Below are positions 51,588 through 64,000 of a DNA stretch of 64,000 nucleotides, one piece after another. Where the stretch lies: positions 110,174,001 to 110,238,000 of the forward strand of contig OX597814.1 of the NCBI GenBank assembly GCA_951406725.2, in the 5' to 3' direction. The first letter of the stretch is position 1, and each line of letters begins with the position of its first letter. Source of the stretch: Octopus vulgaris. Its lineage: Eukaryota. Below the pieces are notes generated by a model. It had not been told where the DNA came from. It searched no databases and worked only from the letters and a program-made list of their open reading frames with translations. Made by a program: the position numbers and the translations under genes.

Positions 51588-54288
51588 AATAATAATAATA
51601 ATGATAATGGTGAGATTATAGAGTCACAGTAATAATAATCCTTTCTGTTATAGGCACAAGTCTTCAAATGTTGGGAGAGGTGGGATGGGGCTGTTAGGAA
51701 ATTACATCGATGCTAGTAATCAACTGGTCCTTACTTTGTCAACCTCAAAAGGATGAAAGGTAAAGTTGGTGGAATTTGAACTCAGAATATAAAGATGGGA
51801 TGAAATGCTAAGCGATATTCTATCTGGTGTGCTACTAGTTCTGCCATCTTGCCAATAATCTTTTTCACTCTAGGCACAAGGCCCGAAATTTTGGAGAGGG
51901 GAGCCAGTCAACTAGATTGAGCTGGCAGAAACGTTAGCACACCAGGCAAAATGATTAGCGGTATTTCGTCTGCCGCTACTTTCTGAGTTCAAATTCTACC
52001 AAGGTCGACTTTGCCTTTCATCCTTTCGGGGTCGATTAAATAAGTACCAGTTATGCATTGGGGTCGATATAATTGACTTAATCCGTTTGTCTGTGTGTAG
52101 CCCCTTGTGAGCAATAATGAAATAAGATCGACCCCAGTGCGCAACTGGTACTTAATTTACCAACATCAAAAGGACAATAGGCAAAGTCGACCTTGGGGCC
52201 ATCTTGCCAATAATGCTACATCTTAGAAGATAGCTGTATGTGTTGGGTGGACAGTCCTTCTGGTTGTTATGATTTGGTCCTAAGCCAATCCTGTTTGAGC
52301 AGACATGAGATCTAAGCCTGCCATGACCTTCACATTACATTATCCTTCTCTTTTTTAAGGTAACAAGGTATGATAGAAGGGAGATTTGGCTGCTATTTCT
52401 AGAATTGGTATGCTTCTAGTTTTCTCTCTTATTATAATGTTATTCTCTGGCCAAGTCTCTCTACATCACTACACAGTGTGATGGTGTTGCCGTTGTTGTT
52501 GTAATCTTGTCTTTACCAATATTTCCTGTCTCACTAATTCTTGGAGATTTATATTATTCTTCTTTAGCCAATATTGCCATTTTACGATTGTCATTTCTTT
52601 CCCTCTTCCCTCCCTCCAAGATATATCTGTCTTTGTAAGTCAGCATGACACAGTGTGTGTGTGTGTGGAGGGGGGAATATACACAAGTATATATATATGT
52701 GTGTATACGTTTATATGTATATGGTGAATGTGTATATATATTTATATTATATATATGTGTGTGTGTATGGGGAGGGGGAATATACATTAGTATATATATA
52801 TGTGTATGTGTGCATATGTATATATACATGTGTATGTATATGTACATATGGTGAATGTGATGTATATATATTTATATTATATATGTGTGTCTGTGTGTGT
52901 ATGCATATGTCAATGTATATATAAATATCTATGCACACACATATACGTACATTGACATATATGCATACATATATATATGCATGTGTGTGTATGTATGTGT
53001 GCACGCGTGTGTGTGTGTGTGTATGACTCAATAAACCATATTTGACTTATTCATTTCCAAACATTAACCTTGTTCCATGCATAACCTGTCTTCCCCCTCC
53101 CATCCACCTTTCACACTTCTGCCACATCCACCTGATAGCAGAAGTAGCAGCAGCAGCTCGTTTATTTCTCTTTCTTTTCAATATTGACATATATTTCTCT
53201 TTTTGTTGTTCTTCAAGCTGTTTGGTGTTAGGACTGTGGCTGAACAGTTAGCAAGTTTGCTTTGCAATCACTAGAGCCTGGGTTCAACTCTACTCTGTGG
53301 CATCTCAAGCGAGTGTCTTTTACAATTGCCTTGGGTTAACTCAAGCCTTTTGTCTGAAATTGGTTGAATGGAAACTATGCGGAAGCCCTTTGGGTTAATT
53401 TTACCTGTAATTTAAGGATCCATCCATATCAGTCAGTTATGGAAGCATGTGGCTTAGTGGTTAGCATGTAGGACTCATGACTATAAGATCGTGGTTTCAA
53501 TTCCTAAAACAGTAAAGCATTAGCTACATGAAGACATCCTTAGCATCTGCTTAACTTCATTGATGCCATATTAATTGCCATGCAAAATACGGGAGGTTTT
53601 TCTGCCGCATCTTGTACCAGAGTGAAAATAGTCCAGTCAATAAAACAACTAGAAACTCACCAATGAGTTCCACTGATACTACGCCGGGCGAAATGCCTGG
53701 CGGTATTTCGTCTGCCGTTACGTTCTGAGTTCAAATTCTGCTGAGGTCGACTTTGCCTGTCATCCTTTCAATGGCAACTTGTCTGTGCTGGTTTATCGTT
53801 TTCCCCATTATCCTCCTCTTATTTCTCCCTTTCCATATTTTCTGCATAGAATGCTTCCTATTTCCATTTATTCCGATCTACATTGTTCCATTTGTGAATC
53901 TCACCATTTAAAAGTCCTTTCAAGAACGATTGTTCACACGTCTTACTTGAATCTGTTTCATTTTCAATAGCGTTTTACTGCAAGTTGGTAACACGACCAC
54001 TACCATAATCATCGTCATGGTCACTACCAGCATCAGCATCTTCACCATCATCATTGTTTTAACTTCCACTTTTCATTGCTTGGATGGGCCACACAGAATT
54101 CATTGAGGCAAATTTTATATGGTTGGATGCTCTCCCTATCACCAACCCCCCACCTGTTTCTCAGTGAAGCAATATTTGCCCCCTCCCCTTCTACGGTTAG
54201 TCATTTTTTCATTGAAGAGAGAAACATGACAGCTTGTATGATGGTGACTCTTGTTTACAACTATCACATGATGTGAAGATGAAGAAGT

Positions 54289-54321
<33 letters not shown>

Positions 54322-54507
54322 AAGAGCACTGTCTGTAGAGTGGTTGGCATTAGGAAGGGCATCCAGCTGTAGAAACCATGCCAAAAGAGACATTTGGGAC
54401 CTGGTGCAGCTCCCTAGTTTGCCAGCTCCTGTCAAGCCATCCAACCCATGCCAGCATGGAAAACAGGTGTTAATTGATGATGATGATGATCATCACACAC
54501 ACACACA

Positions 54508-54564
<57 letters not shown>

Positions 54565-54885
54565 TCAAAATAAGCAACAAGGATATCCAAAGGTAGTGTA
54601 GTACAATCATTTCATGCTACTTCATTTAATTAAACAATGTAAGTATTACATCTGTTTTAAAATGTAGAGCACTCTTCAGCCACATATGGAATTTTTTAAA
54701 TTAAATTGACAATGTTCATTATTATACTTATTTTGAAACGATTGTACTACACTACCTTGGATATCCTTGTTGCTTATTTTGATTATAATCACCCCATTTG
54801 ATTTATATGGATAATACCATACCAAATTCTGGTGCCTTTAACTTAAGTACCATATTCATCTGAATCTAAATTTTTGCTGAACTTA
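54565..54885. mobile_element. Penelope-like fragment with about 50-bp inverted arms
   Basis: 54565-54613 inverted against 54734-54782; degenerate CTGAAGA..AAACAGATGTA on the minus strand; collapsed homologue at 32337-32490. Confidence 0.65.
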
Positions 54886-55559
54886 TATATATATGTATAT
54901 ATATGTATATACACACAACATGCTTCTTTCAAAATTTTTCGCTACTTAGCTCACTCACATGGCTTTGCGACCCAGGTGTTCAGTGGAAGAAACTTATCCG
55001 AGGGGCCATTAACTGGAACAGAACCTGAGACATGGCATTACTTAACATATATTGTTTGTTCCAGAGCAATCAGTTGTAAATATTAAAATATCACATTTTC
55101 ATGTCTAATAAACTACACTTAACATATTTTACTCCATATCCTCAAATGTCACTGCTCTCCTCTATCCTGTTTCTGACATATGACATGTGATATACAGCCA
55201 ACAATATTAGACATGAAAGAAAATATCTTTGTCACTAGACAACATTAATCTACATTGCCATAAATACTGTGTCTGGTTTTATTCCAGCTGTGTCTCTCTG
55301 CACATCAGCTGAATATCCACACAGGAACCGGTTTGCCTATGGAAACCATCTCAAAACAAACAACGGAACTCTCTGCATTGATAATTCTTGTCAAACCATC
55401 CCAACCCATGCCAGCATGGAAACTGGACATTGAATGGTGATACCTCGTATATGATGATGATGATGATACTTGTTTAATCAATGGCTACTCATGTTGTTAG
55501 GTCTGACAACATGTAATGTACTTAACCTGCTGTCTCTTTGACACCACAAAACCAATATA

Positions 55560-55976
55560 TTTATTTCTTTATTGCCCACAAGGGGCTACACACAGAGGGG
55601 ATAAACAAGGACAGACAAACGGATTAAGTTGATTATATCAACCCCAGTGCGTAACTGGTACTTAATTTATCGACCCCAAAAGGATGAAAGGCAAAGTCGA
55701 CCTCGGCGGAATTTGAACTCAGAATGTAGCGGCAGACGAAATACCTATTTCTTTACTACCCACAAGAGGCTATACACAGAGAGGACAAACAAGGACAGAT
55801 AAACGGATTAAGTTGATTATATCAACCCCAGTGCGTAACTGGTACTTAATTTATCGACCTCGAAAGGATGAAAGGCAAAGTCGACCTTGGCGGAATTTGA
55901 ACTCAGAATGTAGCGGCAGACGAAATACTGCTAAGCGTTTCACCCGGCATGCTAACGGTTCTGCCAGCTCACCGCC
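55560..55976 (-). mobile_element. Family B SINE, head plus two body+tail1 units
   Basis: About 185-bp direct repeat. Confidence 0.88.
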
Positions 55977-56442
55977 TATCCAATATATTTATGGTAGTCT
56001 GCTTTAACAGGTTGGGTCTGTTTTCTCTTAGACTGATGTACTATGATTTGGTATACGAAATGGCAAATGTTTTGGAGCACCTGGTTGCTTTGCAGTAATT
56101 GCCCTGGCTCTCTATGCTCTGTGTTCAAATCCTGCTGAGGTAACATTGTTTATCATCTTTCTGTGGCTGATAAAGTACCAGTCATGCACTGGAAGTGGGG
56201 GTAGGGGTTGATTCTTCCTTTCGTCTCCTGTTTTCTTTCTGTCTGTCAGACTTTCTCTCTTCTGAAAGAAATTAGCTGTGATCAGGCCTGAAGCGGGATG
56301 GGTTCTCCCAAGTCTAAAAATCCCTAAGACACACTGTATGAGACAACTGTGCCCATGTGATTCCATCAAAGTGGTGAGAGCCCAAAGCAAGGCAATAATT
56401 TGGTATTGATCCAGATTTCTAAGAATATCTTCACCACACATA

Positions 56443-56455
56443 CTCTCTCTCTCTT

Positions 56456-56518
<63 letters not shown>
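56443..56518. repeat. (CT)n microsatellite
   Basis: Direct inspection. Confidence 0.95.
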
Positions 56519-57636
56519 TGCTCCCTCACTCTCGCTCACTCCCTCCAACTGGGGTAACCATGTATCTCCTCTACAGGAAGAAACTTGTTTCTGTCCCTCT
56601 CTCATACTCTAACCTCTCATCACCTGACCTAAAACTACCTCCATCAATACCACTGCCACCACCACCCTCTTAAGGGATCTTTGTCTTGCAAGTTACTTGG
56701 TGACCTTGCTGGTGCCACATAGAAGCACCCAAGTCCACTCTGTGAAGTGGTTTGCATTAGGAAGGACATCCAGCCATATGATATATGCTAAAGCAGACAA
56801 TGGAGCTTGGCGTAAACCATCCGACCGATGCCAGCATGGATGATGATGATGATGATTCTGTGGTCATTTCAGTTGGATTCTCAGATTCAGCAAAAGAGAC
56901 TGATAGAATAAGTACTAGGCTTACAAAGAATGAGTTCTGGGGATGATTTGCTTGACTAAAGGTGGTGCTCCATCATGGCCACAGTCAAATGACTGAAACA
57001 TGTAAAAGAATAAAGAATCCCTGCTCTATAGAGCAAGCATCTTATTATACTATAGCTTCGGCTAAACCAATTCCCTCCTGTGAGTAAAACTTACTAGATG
57101 GATACTGTGCAGAAGCCCATCATATCATCGTCAGCATTTAATGTCTATTGGACGGTTTGACCAGGGCTGGCAAACTGGAAGGCTGCACCAGATTTCAGTC
57201 AGATTTAGCATGGGAATCTATAGCTGGATGCCCTTCCTAATGCCAACCACTCTGAGAGTGTATTGGGTGCTTTTACATGTCACTGGCACGGGTGCCATTT
57301 GCATGACACCAGCATCTGCCATGACTGCAATTTTGCTCGGCTTGATGGGTCTTCTTCTCAAGCACGATATAATGCCAAAGGTCTCGGTCAAGCAATCAAT
57401 TGGTAATCGATTGGTAAACTAAAGGAATATGAAATGAAGTACCATGCTCAAGGATCAATGATGTATTGCCTGGTCCAGGAATTGAAACCCCCAACCTTAT
57501 GGTCACAAGGCCAATGTCATAACCACTAGGCCACAGCTTTTTAAAGAAAGAAAAATGAATGAGGGAATAGATGAAGCATTATAATGGTCATTCAACCTAG
57601 TAGAAATAGCAGCTAAGTTTCTTTCTCTCTCTCTCT

Positions 57637-57672
<36 letters not shown>

Positions 57673-57855
57673 TACAAAATTAGAAAATGGAGAAACATAC
57701 TTAAATCAATCAAACATCAACCATCAGATGATACCCAATCAATACTTTATTACACCATTACATAACAGTAAAGGCATTATACAAAATATTGTAAATATAA
57801 TTAGACAAGGAAATAGAAATATAAAATATAAAATATAATATATAATTATATCATA

Positions 57856-57966
57856 TCTGACAGCTGTTTCGGCCGTAAGGGCAAGTATGCCTCATTTAGC
57901 CTATAAGCCATATAAGGCAGGTATAAATGAGACATTAACAAGGATGCCCCACGGCCTCTTCAGAGA
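57856..57966 (-). ncRNA. Type I hammerhead ribozyme motif, intact core, about 86-nt stem II
   Basis: Minus strand: TCT CTGAAGA GGCCGT GGGGCA..ATGTCTCATTTA..TAAATGAGGCAT..TGCCCTT ACGGCC GAAAC AGCT GTC AGA. Confidence 0.8.
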
Positions 57967-59337
57967 ATTTAATTTATTATAAGTGTGAAAAAAAATTTTT
58001 TATACATATAAATATAAAAATATAAAATATAAAAACGTGTGCATAGACACTCATAATACTACACATATATATATACTCATTAATACAATAATACAAAATA
58101 AACAAAACAAAATATATCAATATATATTAACAAACACAGTTATTCTACATATTGGGCTACTAGTTCTATATATATATATGGAGAAAGAGAGAGAGAGAGC
58201 AAATCCTTTGTTTGTGTTTGTATTTTGAATTGTCAACTGAAGAAATTACTATTGCATTAGTTATCTTACATAACTACTTGAAATGTGCTTATTAAAAGCA
58301 TCCAAAATATTAACTTTGGGGTTTTATAATTATATACATATATATATATGAAATTGTGTGTGTTTATCAGCAAAAATTAAATGATGCACGAAAAATATCT
58401 CATGGGATTTATTTATTCCACTTGAGTTACACAGACAGTCCCTGGTTACTCTTGTTATTAGAAATGCAGTGAACCAGTGATTGGCTCACTGGAAATGCTG
58501 TAACCAACAACACTTACTGTTTAGTACATTTGCTATATAACTAAATAAAGGTAACAAAAAATCCAAGAGACAAAGAGTGAGAGAGACAAAAAGGTAAAGA
58601 GAGAGAGAGAGGTGTGAATAAGAAAGATGAAGAGTGACATCTGCCATTTAATGTTTAGTTTGTATAGTTAAAATAAACTTAAGATAAGCTTTATCTTTCA
58701 CATAAAAGAAAACTCTTTTACAAACTTGTTTGGTAAAACCTTGAGTGGATTATAAAATGGTTGTGTTGTAGCCCTGGAGATTATCTCTCAGTTTTCTTTT
58801 TCCTTTCTCCTCACTTCTTTCCACCAACTTTGTTAAAAGTAATTTTCTGGCATATGTAGAGAAACCTTAGATTTACAGCAGAATATGGAAACGGAGACTG
58901 CAGGATATTTATACCTTTGCCAAGGTCATTAAACATTAATTGGTATAATTACAATTGCAATGAGAAGTAATGTGAAACAGACCTGTGTGTAGTTATTAAT
59001 TAGCAGCCGGTCTTATTGCACTCATGTAACACTATGAATTAGACGAGTAAAACCATTGGTTAAGAATTGTGGATATATTTATAGATGAGCAGAAAATACT
59101 TGGTTTTATGTGTTCTGTTATATAACTGTAATTAATACATGGGTTATAGATAAACATGTAGCTTCATGTTCAGTCCCACTGCTCAGCACCTTGGGAGAGT
59201 ATCTTCTACCATAGCCCCCAGGTTGATCAATGCCTTGCAAGTAAATTTGGTAGAAGGAATCTATGTAGATAGCTCATCACATACATACATACTTACATGC
59301 ACATATATATTATGTATATAATATTATTAATCAGTTG

Positions 59338-59423
<86 letters not shown>

Positions 59424-59559
59424 TGCAAGCAAAATTAAGGTTAGTTAAAATATGTTTGCGACATATTTCAACTATAGACTATGGTCTGTCTATAGCACTT
59501 ATTCAGCATTACCTGACACCTTTGGGTCTCAATGACAGCATTATCACTTATAACCTCAA

Positions 59560-59626
<67 letters not shown>

Positions 59627-59887
59627 AGTGTAAATGTTGAATCATGAAAATGAGTGCTCAACACGCCATTGGTGGATATAATTTCTTTATTTGTGATTTA
59701 AGGCTACCATTGGTTTCATGTTAAGCAAAGTAGGAAAATATCTTAGTGTCTAAACAAGTTTTCAAGCCAATCACATGGTGAATGGTATTTGCCTCCATTT
59801 TGGAAAGCACAGTCTGTGTTTTCCAAAATGTTCAGACACTCAGATATTTTCACATTTTTCTTAATATGAAACCAATGATAAACTTAA

Positions 59888-59932
<45 letters not shown>

Positions 59933-59936
<4 letters not shown>

Positions 59937-60505
59937 TCATCATCATCATCATCATGTCCGTTTTCCATACTGGCATGGGTTGGATGGTTTGACTGAAGTC
60001 TGGAGAGCCAGCAGCTGCACCAGGCTCCAATCTGATTCGGCAATGTTTCCACAGCTGGATGCCTTCCCTAATGCCAACCACTCTGAGAGTGTAGTGAGTG
60101 CTTTTTATGTGCCACCAGCAAAGGAGCCAGCCAGTCAGGCAGGCCTGGCATCAATCATGTTTAAATAGTGCATTTTACGTACCACTGGCACGGGGACCAG
60201 TCAGGGGCTACTGGCATAAGCCACATTCGGATGGTGCTGTTTATGTGCCACTGGCACGGGGGCCAGTCAGGTGCTCCTGGCATCAGCCACTTTTAGACGG
60301 AACTTTTTACATGCTACCGGCATGGGAGACAGTCAGGCGGACCTGGCATCAGACACTTTTGAATGGAGCATTTTACATGCCACCTGCACAGGAGCCAGTC
60401 AGGAGGCACTGCCCACAGCTATGATATTGGCTTTACTTGACTCAACAAGTCATCTCAAGCATGTCATATCGCCTGACACATCAGGGGTACACTTAACTGG
60501 GCTGG
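59933..60505 (-). mobile_element. RTE 3' UTR fragment (family C) with five tandem 66-70 bp units
   Basis: Units start at 60098, 60168, 60234, 60300 and 60366. Confidence 0.85.
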
Positions 60506-60508
60506 ACA

Positions 60509-60540
<32 letters not shown>

Positions 60541-60546
<6 letters not shown>

Positions 60547-61043
60547 TGTAGTTGTGTGAGTGTCTGTCCCCTTCGATTTAGATTCCTAACTACTCCCACA
60601 TTTTCCGGTGCAGTTTAACCAAATTCGGGTATCTTATAGTTGTGATTCATATCGAGCCCGTCTGAGTATTAGCGCGCATCTACGATGAGTCTACGATTTT
60701 AAAAATAATTTAACATCATTTTTTATTCCATTTTAATGCATAATCTTTCATGTGTCGATGGCGGCGGAGTTGGCGTCCACGCTCACATCTGCACCTGTTT
60801 GCTTCTCCCCCTTCTTCCCTCCCTCGTGAAGCTGTGGGGAAGGGAGTGTAAGGAAATCAACGTCGTAAAGCGTTGTCAAGGAGACCAGCGTTCTTTTAGA
60901 ACAACGACTTCATGGCTTGAAGACACCAAAACAGAAATGGCTAAGAAAGCCCGAATTGGCATCTATAAGGGAAGTAACTCTCTAAAAATGCTTATATAGT
61001 TATTTCCCTTACAAATCCGAGCAACGCCGGGCGATACTGCTAG
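60541..61043 (+). mobile_element. Non-autonomous Helitron
   Basis: Near-identical to 12915-13401; hairpin plus CTAG|T terminus, within (TA)n. Confidence 0.87.
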
Positions 61044-61278
61044 TATATATATACAAACTCATTCTGCCACAGATATGACAAAAAACAATGTAAATAATTT
61101 GAGTTCCATTATTGATGTGAACACGGTAAGGGAATGGTTGTATCCTTTATGTTTGAAGTCTGTGCAGTCATCTGATGAGAATAGTTTCTTTCAAATGATG
61201 TAATGTTTTCATTAATCAATTAAAGGTGTCATTTAAAATGGCCATTATGAATCAACACCTGTTACTCTTTGTTACCCA

Positions 61279-61329
<51 letters not shown>

Positions 61330-62290
61330 ACCAAAGTCAGGTGGTATGCAACATGAGTATATTTATTTAACCACTTCACATGGTAAAGGCTGAGAGGTGT
61401 TTAAATAAATATATCTATCTCTCATACAGCCTGACTGTTTATTGTTTATATTCTACTGGTGAAGTAATTTCATTGATTGGATTCTCTGAATCCATATTTT
61501 ATACTAAAATTTATACTACAAATGAAGTGTGTGTGTTCATGTGTGTGTATATATGTATATATATATATATATATGTGTGTGCATATTTATGTGTGTGTGT
61601 GTGTACATTCACACACATATATATACATGTGTGTGTGTGTATATTTTTATTTTCTCATCACTTCCTGCCAGTGTTGGTTTGTTTGCATTCCTGTAACTTA
61701 ACAGTTTAGCATTATAAGACTGATAGAATAAATACCAGATTTAATATTGTACTGGGGTCTATTCGATTGACTAATCCTACAAGGCAGTGCTCCAGCTTCG
61801 TCACACTAATGACTGAAACAAGGAAAAGATTAAAAGAGTAATTAAAAGAAATGTTTAATTATCAAAACTGAAGATACCTCTGTTATCATCTGTGCCTTGG
61901 TGGCTGTGTGGGTAAGAAGTTTGCCTCTATACTGCATAGTCTCAAGTTCAATTTCACTGCAAAGCACTTGGGACTAATGCCTTCTTCTGTAGCTTTGGAT
62001 TAGCCAAAACCTCCTATGTGAAATTTTGTAGATGGAAACTGTGTGGAAGCCCAGCTAAGGGATCATCCCTGTTCTTGGGTGTTAGGCTTAATGTGGCCCC
62101 AGACTAGACTGGGGATCTAGTCTGTATGCAAGCATAGAGACAAGATCTCTAGTCTGAAGGTAACTTCTCCCTTCCTCCCAACATTCCTGGAGACCTTCAA
62201 AAAAACAAAATTGTCTCAATGCTCTCCTTTGTCCTCTAAGTTCTGTCTGTATAATAAGATAATAATAATAATAATAATAATAATAATGTC

Positions 62291-62841
62291 CTGATGCAGT
62301 ACCAGGCAGTGGCTTTCATGGCTTCTGATCTTAACCGATTGGAAGTGTTATCATGTACATTGTTTTGTCTTAGTATAAAAGATGGGCCACAGCAAATATT
62401 CTGCTCAATACCACAGATTTGCTTGTCAGTTGTTTGACCTTAACCAGTTGAGCATGTCTCTTAGTGGCTGACGATATGTGCATCTCTGATCACGAGCAGA
62501 AGTAGTGGGGGAGCATCATAGCCGTGTGTTGAAAGGAATTCTTAGAGGTTTGGATAATTCACCTTTGGAAACATGGGTGGTTCATTCAACATCCTTAAGC
62601 AACCCTTATTCAGGGACATTTTGAGTGGGATGGGCTATTCAACCTGAAGAAAATTCTAACTGGGTCCTACCTGCAAGGTCATGTGCTGTTTATCTTGATA
62701 TGAGATCACCATGTCGCACACATATGGTTGTGTTGCATGTGCATGATGTACCCTTATCAGATGCGTTATCATGATGGGTATACTGGGCTTAATATATTTT
62801 ACCCCAGTGTCACTTTGATGGCATGCACTGCTCTCTTACTC
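62291..62841. mobile_element. About 550-bp non-coding interspersed repeat embedded in (AAT)n
   Basis: Second copy of 51044-51587. Confidence 0.85.
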
Positions 62842-63221
62842 AATAATAATAATAATAATAACAATAATAATAATTATTATTATTATTGTTTCTAATGTTG
62901 GCACTAGGTCAAAATTAGACTGCTTTGACTTTGTACATATGAACAGACCTCTGACCTCGTACTTAACTACAGAAAAACAACACATACAACAACAGATAAA
63001 TAAGAATTAACATTGAGGAAGGCATAACAAAAGAAAAAAATGCAACGAAGAAAATATATAAATGAACATAGATCGATGAACATAGATCTGTGTAAAACAT
63101 CTGCTCTAATTACGCATGAGTGAGCAGCTCCAGAAAAAAAATAAATGTTGCCAGGCCACAGAAACAAGCTATGTGAATTTCAACAGACAGGATGATCTGG
63201 TTTATTAAGTGCAGTCATAAT

Positions 63222-63440
63222 CTATTTCTTTACTACTCACAAGGGGCTAAACACAGAGAGGACAGGCAAACGGATTAAGTCGATTATATCGACCCCAGTG
63301 CGCAACTGGTACTTATTTAATCGACCCCGAAAGGATGAAAGGCAAAGTCGACCTCGGCGGAATTTGAACTCAGAACGTAGCGGCAGATGAAATACCGCTA
63401 AGCATTTCGCCCAGCGTTCTAATGTTTCTGTCAGCTCATC
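63222..63440 (-). mobile_element. Family B SINE
   Basis: CTGGTACTTATTTAATCGACCCCGAAAGGATGAAAGGCAAAGTCGACCTCGGCGGAATTTGAACTC. Confidence 0.88.
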
Positions 63441-63826
63441 ACAGTCATAACCGAAGCCGTCAAGTGATGGTGGAATTCATCCAGTACATTGATTTGGAGG
63501 TGAGGGCCCTGTGAATATCTCCAAGGGCTACTCTTACAATTAAATAAATGATTACATAAATAAATAAAGTGACAGCCTGTTGAGATTTGAGAGGAAATTC
63601 CCTGGGGCCTGGAAGCTGCTGTGTTTCACTTTGTAGACTTCCTCTCTGGAGATCCTGACCATAAACACAGTAAAATGGGATTAGTTTAATGGAGTCAATT
63701 CTTCTTGTAATTTGAATGATAAACCACCACCTCTCAGCTTGTCATCATAGAAACAATACTTGCAAGTTGGCCCACCTTCAATATTTACTCCACATTGAAG
63801 ATGGATATTGATATAAAGATGTTACT

Positions 63827-64000
63827 GTGGTTGTGTGGTTGAGAAGTTTGCTTCCTGACTACGTGGCCCTGAGTTCAGTTCCACTGCATTGCATCACAGG
63901 CAAGTGTCTTCTAAAATAGCTCTGGGCTAACCGAAACCGTGTTAGTAGATTTGGTGGATGGAAATTGAATGAAGCCTACCGTATGTGTGTGACACCAGTG
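63827..64000 (+). mobile_element. Family A SINE 5' part
   Basis: TGGTTGTGTGGTT head, GAGTTCAGTTCC B-box, GGCAAGTGTCTTCT. Confidence 0.75.

Noticed and set aside
60098-60430. CRISPR-like repeat-spacer appearance
   Set aside because: The spacers are homologous to each other, the units belong to a LINE 3' UTR, there are no cas genes and the context is eukaryotic

Overview
AT-rich, repeat-saturated animal DNA. The SINE/LINE families and dense (TA)n/(CA)n/(AAT)n/(GAT)n microsatellites suggest a cephalopod, probably Octopus (inference). It is most likely intron of a very large gene: only one convincing candidate exon (22130-22208, +) was found, and the supplied ORFs are nearly all microsatellite or repeat noise. 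The window holds dozens of tRNA-derived SINEs, truncated RTE, CR1-type and R4/Dong-type LINEs, non-autonomous Helitrons, Helentron-type HINEs and TTAA-flanked piggyBac-type MITEs. Four observations stand out. (1) About 18 hammerhead-ribozyme motifs of the Penelope-like minimal type I kind, four with an intact catalytic core, several with very long stem II, and one family with a fixed A6U core change. (2) A tRNA-headed, TSD-flanked SINE-like element carrying a hammerhead tail. (3) One SINE head joined to either a CR1-type or an RTE-type tail, with both partner LINE 3' ends present and a covarying terminal stem-loop. (4) A 132-bp, 65% GC, coding-like foreign insert inside a SINE. Everything was read by eye; repeat boundaries are approximate and family names rest on motif recall, not database searches.
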